NCBI GenBank assembly: GCA_032718475.1
Contig: JAUCBJ010003662.1
Coordinates: 33,802 to 97,801, forward strand
Direction of reading: 5' to 3'
Length of the DNA: 64,000 nucleotides
Source of the DNA: Nemertoderma westbladi
Taxonomy: Eukaryota; Animalia; Xenacoelomorpha
Below, one piece after another: positions 62,101-64,000 of the stretch. Each line of letters starts with the position of its first letter. Position 1 is the first letter of the stretch. Made by a program: the position numbers and the translations under genes. The notes below the pieces were generated by a model. It made no database searches. It had not been told where the DNA came from and saw only the letters and a program-made list of their open reading frames with translations.

Positions 62101-64000
62101 TTTGCTCACCTGTTCAGTTGTATTACGTGGTTCTGTTGTTTGTTTGCTCACCTGTTCAGTTTTATTACGTGGTTCTGTTGTTTGTTTGCTCACCTGTTCA
62201 GTTGTATTACGTGGTTCTGTTGTTTGTTTGCTCACCTGTTCAGTTTTATTACGTGGTTCTGTTGTTTGTTTGCTCACCTGTTCAGTTTTATTACGTGGTT
62301 CTGTTGTTTGTTTGCTCACCTGTTCAGTTTTATTACGTGGTTCTGTTGTTTGTTTGCTCACCTGTTCAGTTATATTACGTGGTTCTGTTGTTTGTTTGCT
62401 CACCTGTTCAGTTGTATTACGTGGTTCTGTTGTTTGTTTGCTCACCTGTTCAGTTGTATTACGTGGTTCTGTTGTTTGTTTGCTCACCTGTTCAGTTTTA
62501 TTACGTGGTTCTGTTGTTTGTTTGCTCACCTGTTCAGTTTTATTACGTGGTTCTGTTGTTTGTTTGCTCACCTGTTCAGGTTTTTTACGTGGTTCTGTTG
62601 TTTGTTTGCTCACCTGTTCAGTTGTATTACGTGGTTCTGTTGTTTGTTTGCTCACCTGTTCAGTTGTATTACGTGGTTCTGTTGTTTGTTTGCTCACCTG
62701 TTCAGTTGTATTACGTGGTTCTGTTGTTTGTTTGCTCACCTGTTCCGTTATATTACGTGGTTCTGTTGTTTGTTTGCTCACCTGTTCAGTTGTATTACGT
62801 GGTTCTGTTGTTTGTTTGCTCACCTGTTCAGTTTTATTACGTGGTTCTGTTGTTTGTTTGCTCACCTGTTCAGTTGTATTACGTGGTTCTGTTGTTTGTT
62901 TGCTCACCTGTTCAGTTTTATTACGTGGTTCTCTTGCTTGTTTGCTCACCTGTTCAGTTTTATAACGTGGTTCTGTTGTTTGTTTGCTCACCTGTTCAGT
63001 TGTATTACGTGGTTCTGTTGTTTGTTTGCTCACCTGTTCAGTTTTATTACGTGGTTCTGTTGTTTGTTTTCTCACCTGTTCAGTTGTATTACGTGGTTCT
63101 GTTGTTTGTTTGCTCACCTGTTCAGTTGTATTACGTGGTTATGTTGTTTGTTTGCTCACCTGTTCAGTTTTATTACGTGGTTCTGTTGTTTGTTTGCTCA
63201 CCTGTTCAGTTTTATTACGTGGTTCTGTTGTTTGTTTGCTCACCTGTTCAGTTGTATTACGTGGTTCTGTTGTTTGTTTGCTCACCTGTTCAGTTATATC
63301 ACGTGGTTCTGTTGTTTGTTTGCTCACCTGTTCAGTTTTATTACGTGGTTCTGTTGTTTGTTTGCTCACCTGTTCAGTTGTATTACGTGGTTCTGTTGTT
63401 TGTTTGCTCACCTGTTCAGTTTTATTACGTGGTTCTCTTGCTTGTTTGCTCACCTGTTCAGTTTTATTACGTGGTTCTGTTGTTTGTTTGCTCACCTGTT
63501 CAGTTGTATTACGTGGTTCTGTTGTTTGTTTGCTCACCTGTTCAGTTTTATTACGTGGTTCTGTTGTTTGTTTGCTCACCTGTTCAGTTGTATTACGTGG
63601 TTCTGTTGTTTGTTTGCTCACCTGTTCAGTTGTATTACGTGGTTCTGTTGTTTGTTTGCTCACCTGTTCAGTTTTATTACGTGGTTCTGTTGTTTGTTTG
63701 CTCACCTGTTCAGTTTTATTACGTGGTTCTGTTGTTTGTTTGCTCACCTGTTCAGTTGTATTACGTGGTTCTGTTGTTTGTTTGCTCACCTGTTCAGTTG
63801 TATTACGTGGTTCTGTTGTTTGTTTGCTCACCTGTTCAGTTTTATTACGTGGTTCTGTTGTTTGTTTGCTCACCTGTTCAGTTGTATTACGTGGTTCTGA
63901 TGTTTGTTTACTCACCTGTTTAGTTTTTGTTTGCTCACCTGTTCAGTTTTATTACGTGGTTCTGTTGTTTGTTTACTCACCTGTTTAGTTTTTGTTTGCT
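56123..64000 (+). repeat. 42-bp tandem satellite array, right arm (runs off the window end)
   Basis: Same monomer and orientation. It resumes in register after the TSD (CCTGT-TCAGTTG). Confidence 0.99.

Noticed and set aside
4-63988. Plus-strand hydrophobic repeat ORFs (FAHLFSCITWFCCL, LLTCSVVLRGSVVC, YYVVLLFVCSPVQL)
   Set aside because: All three frames are open simultaneously and switch at indels. They are translation artefacts of the satellite.

Overview
Eukaryotic, probably animal, heterochromatin-type sequence. About 57 kb is one head-to-tail 42-bp satellite (consensus TGTTTGTTTGCTCACCTGTTCAGTT[G/T/A]TATTACGTGGTTCTGT, roughly 1,350-1,400 monomers). The array carries layered kilobase-scale duplications traceable by rare variants. 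It is interrupted once, at 49282-56122, by a young, structurally complete LTR retroelement on the minus strand. The element has two 531-bp LTRs (TGT...ACA, 2 mismatches), a 5-bp TSD (CCTGT) and a PPT. It encodes only a long, mostly low-complexity Gag-like protein with a BEL/Pao-like double zinc knuckle, split into two ORFs by one extra G in a G8 run. No protease, RT, RNase H or integrase is visible. Where pol would be lies a 2-kb non-coding array of short hairpins separated by TTAGAG-type spacers. The primer-binding position lacks the TGG of a tRNA PBS, is duplicated, and is complementary to a 9-mer inside the element's own LTR, which suggests Tf1-like self-priming. Almost all ORFs in the supplied track are artefacts of the stop-free 42-bp repeat.
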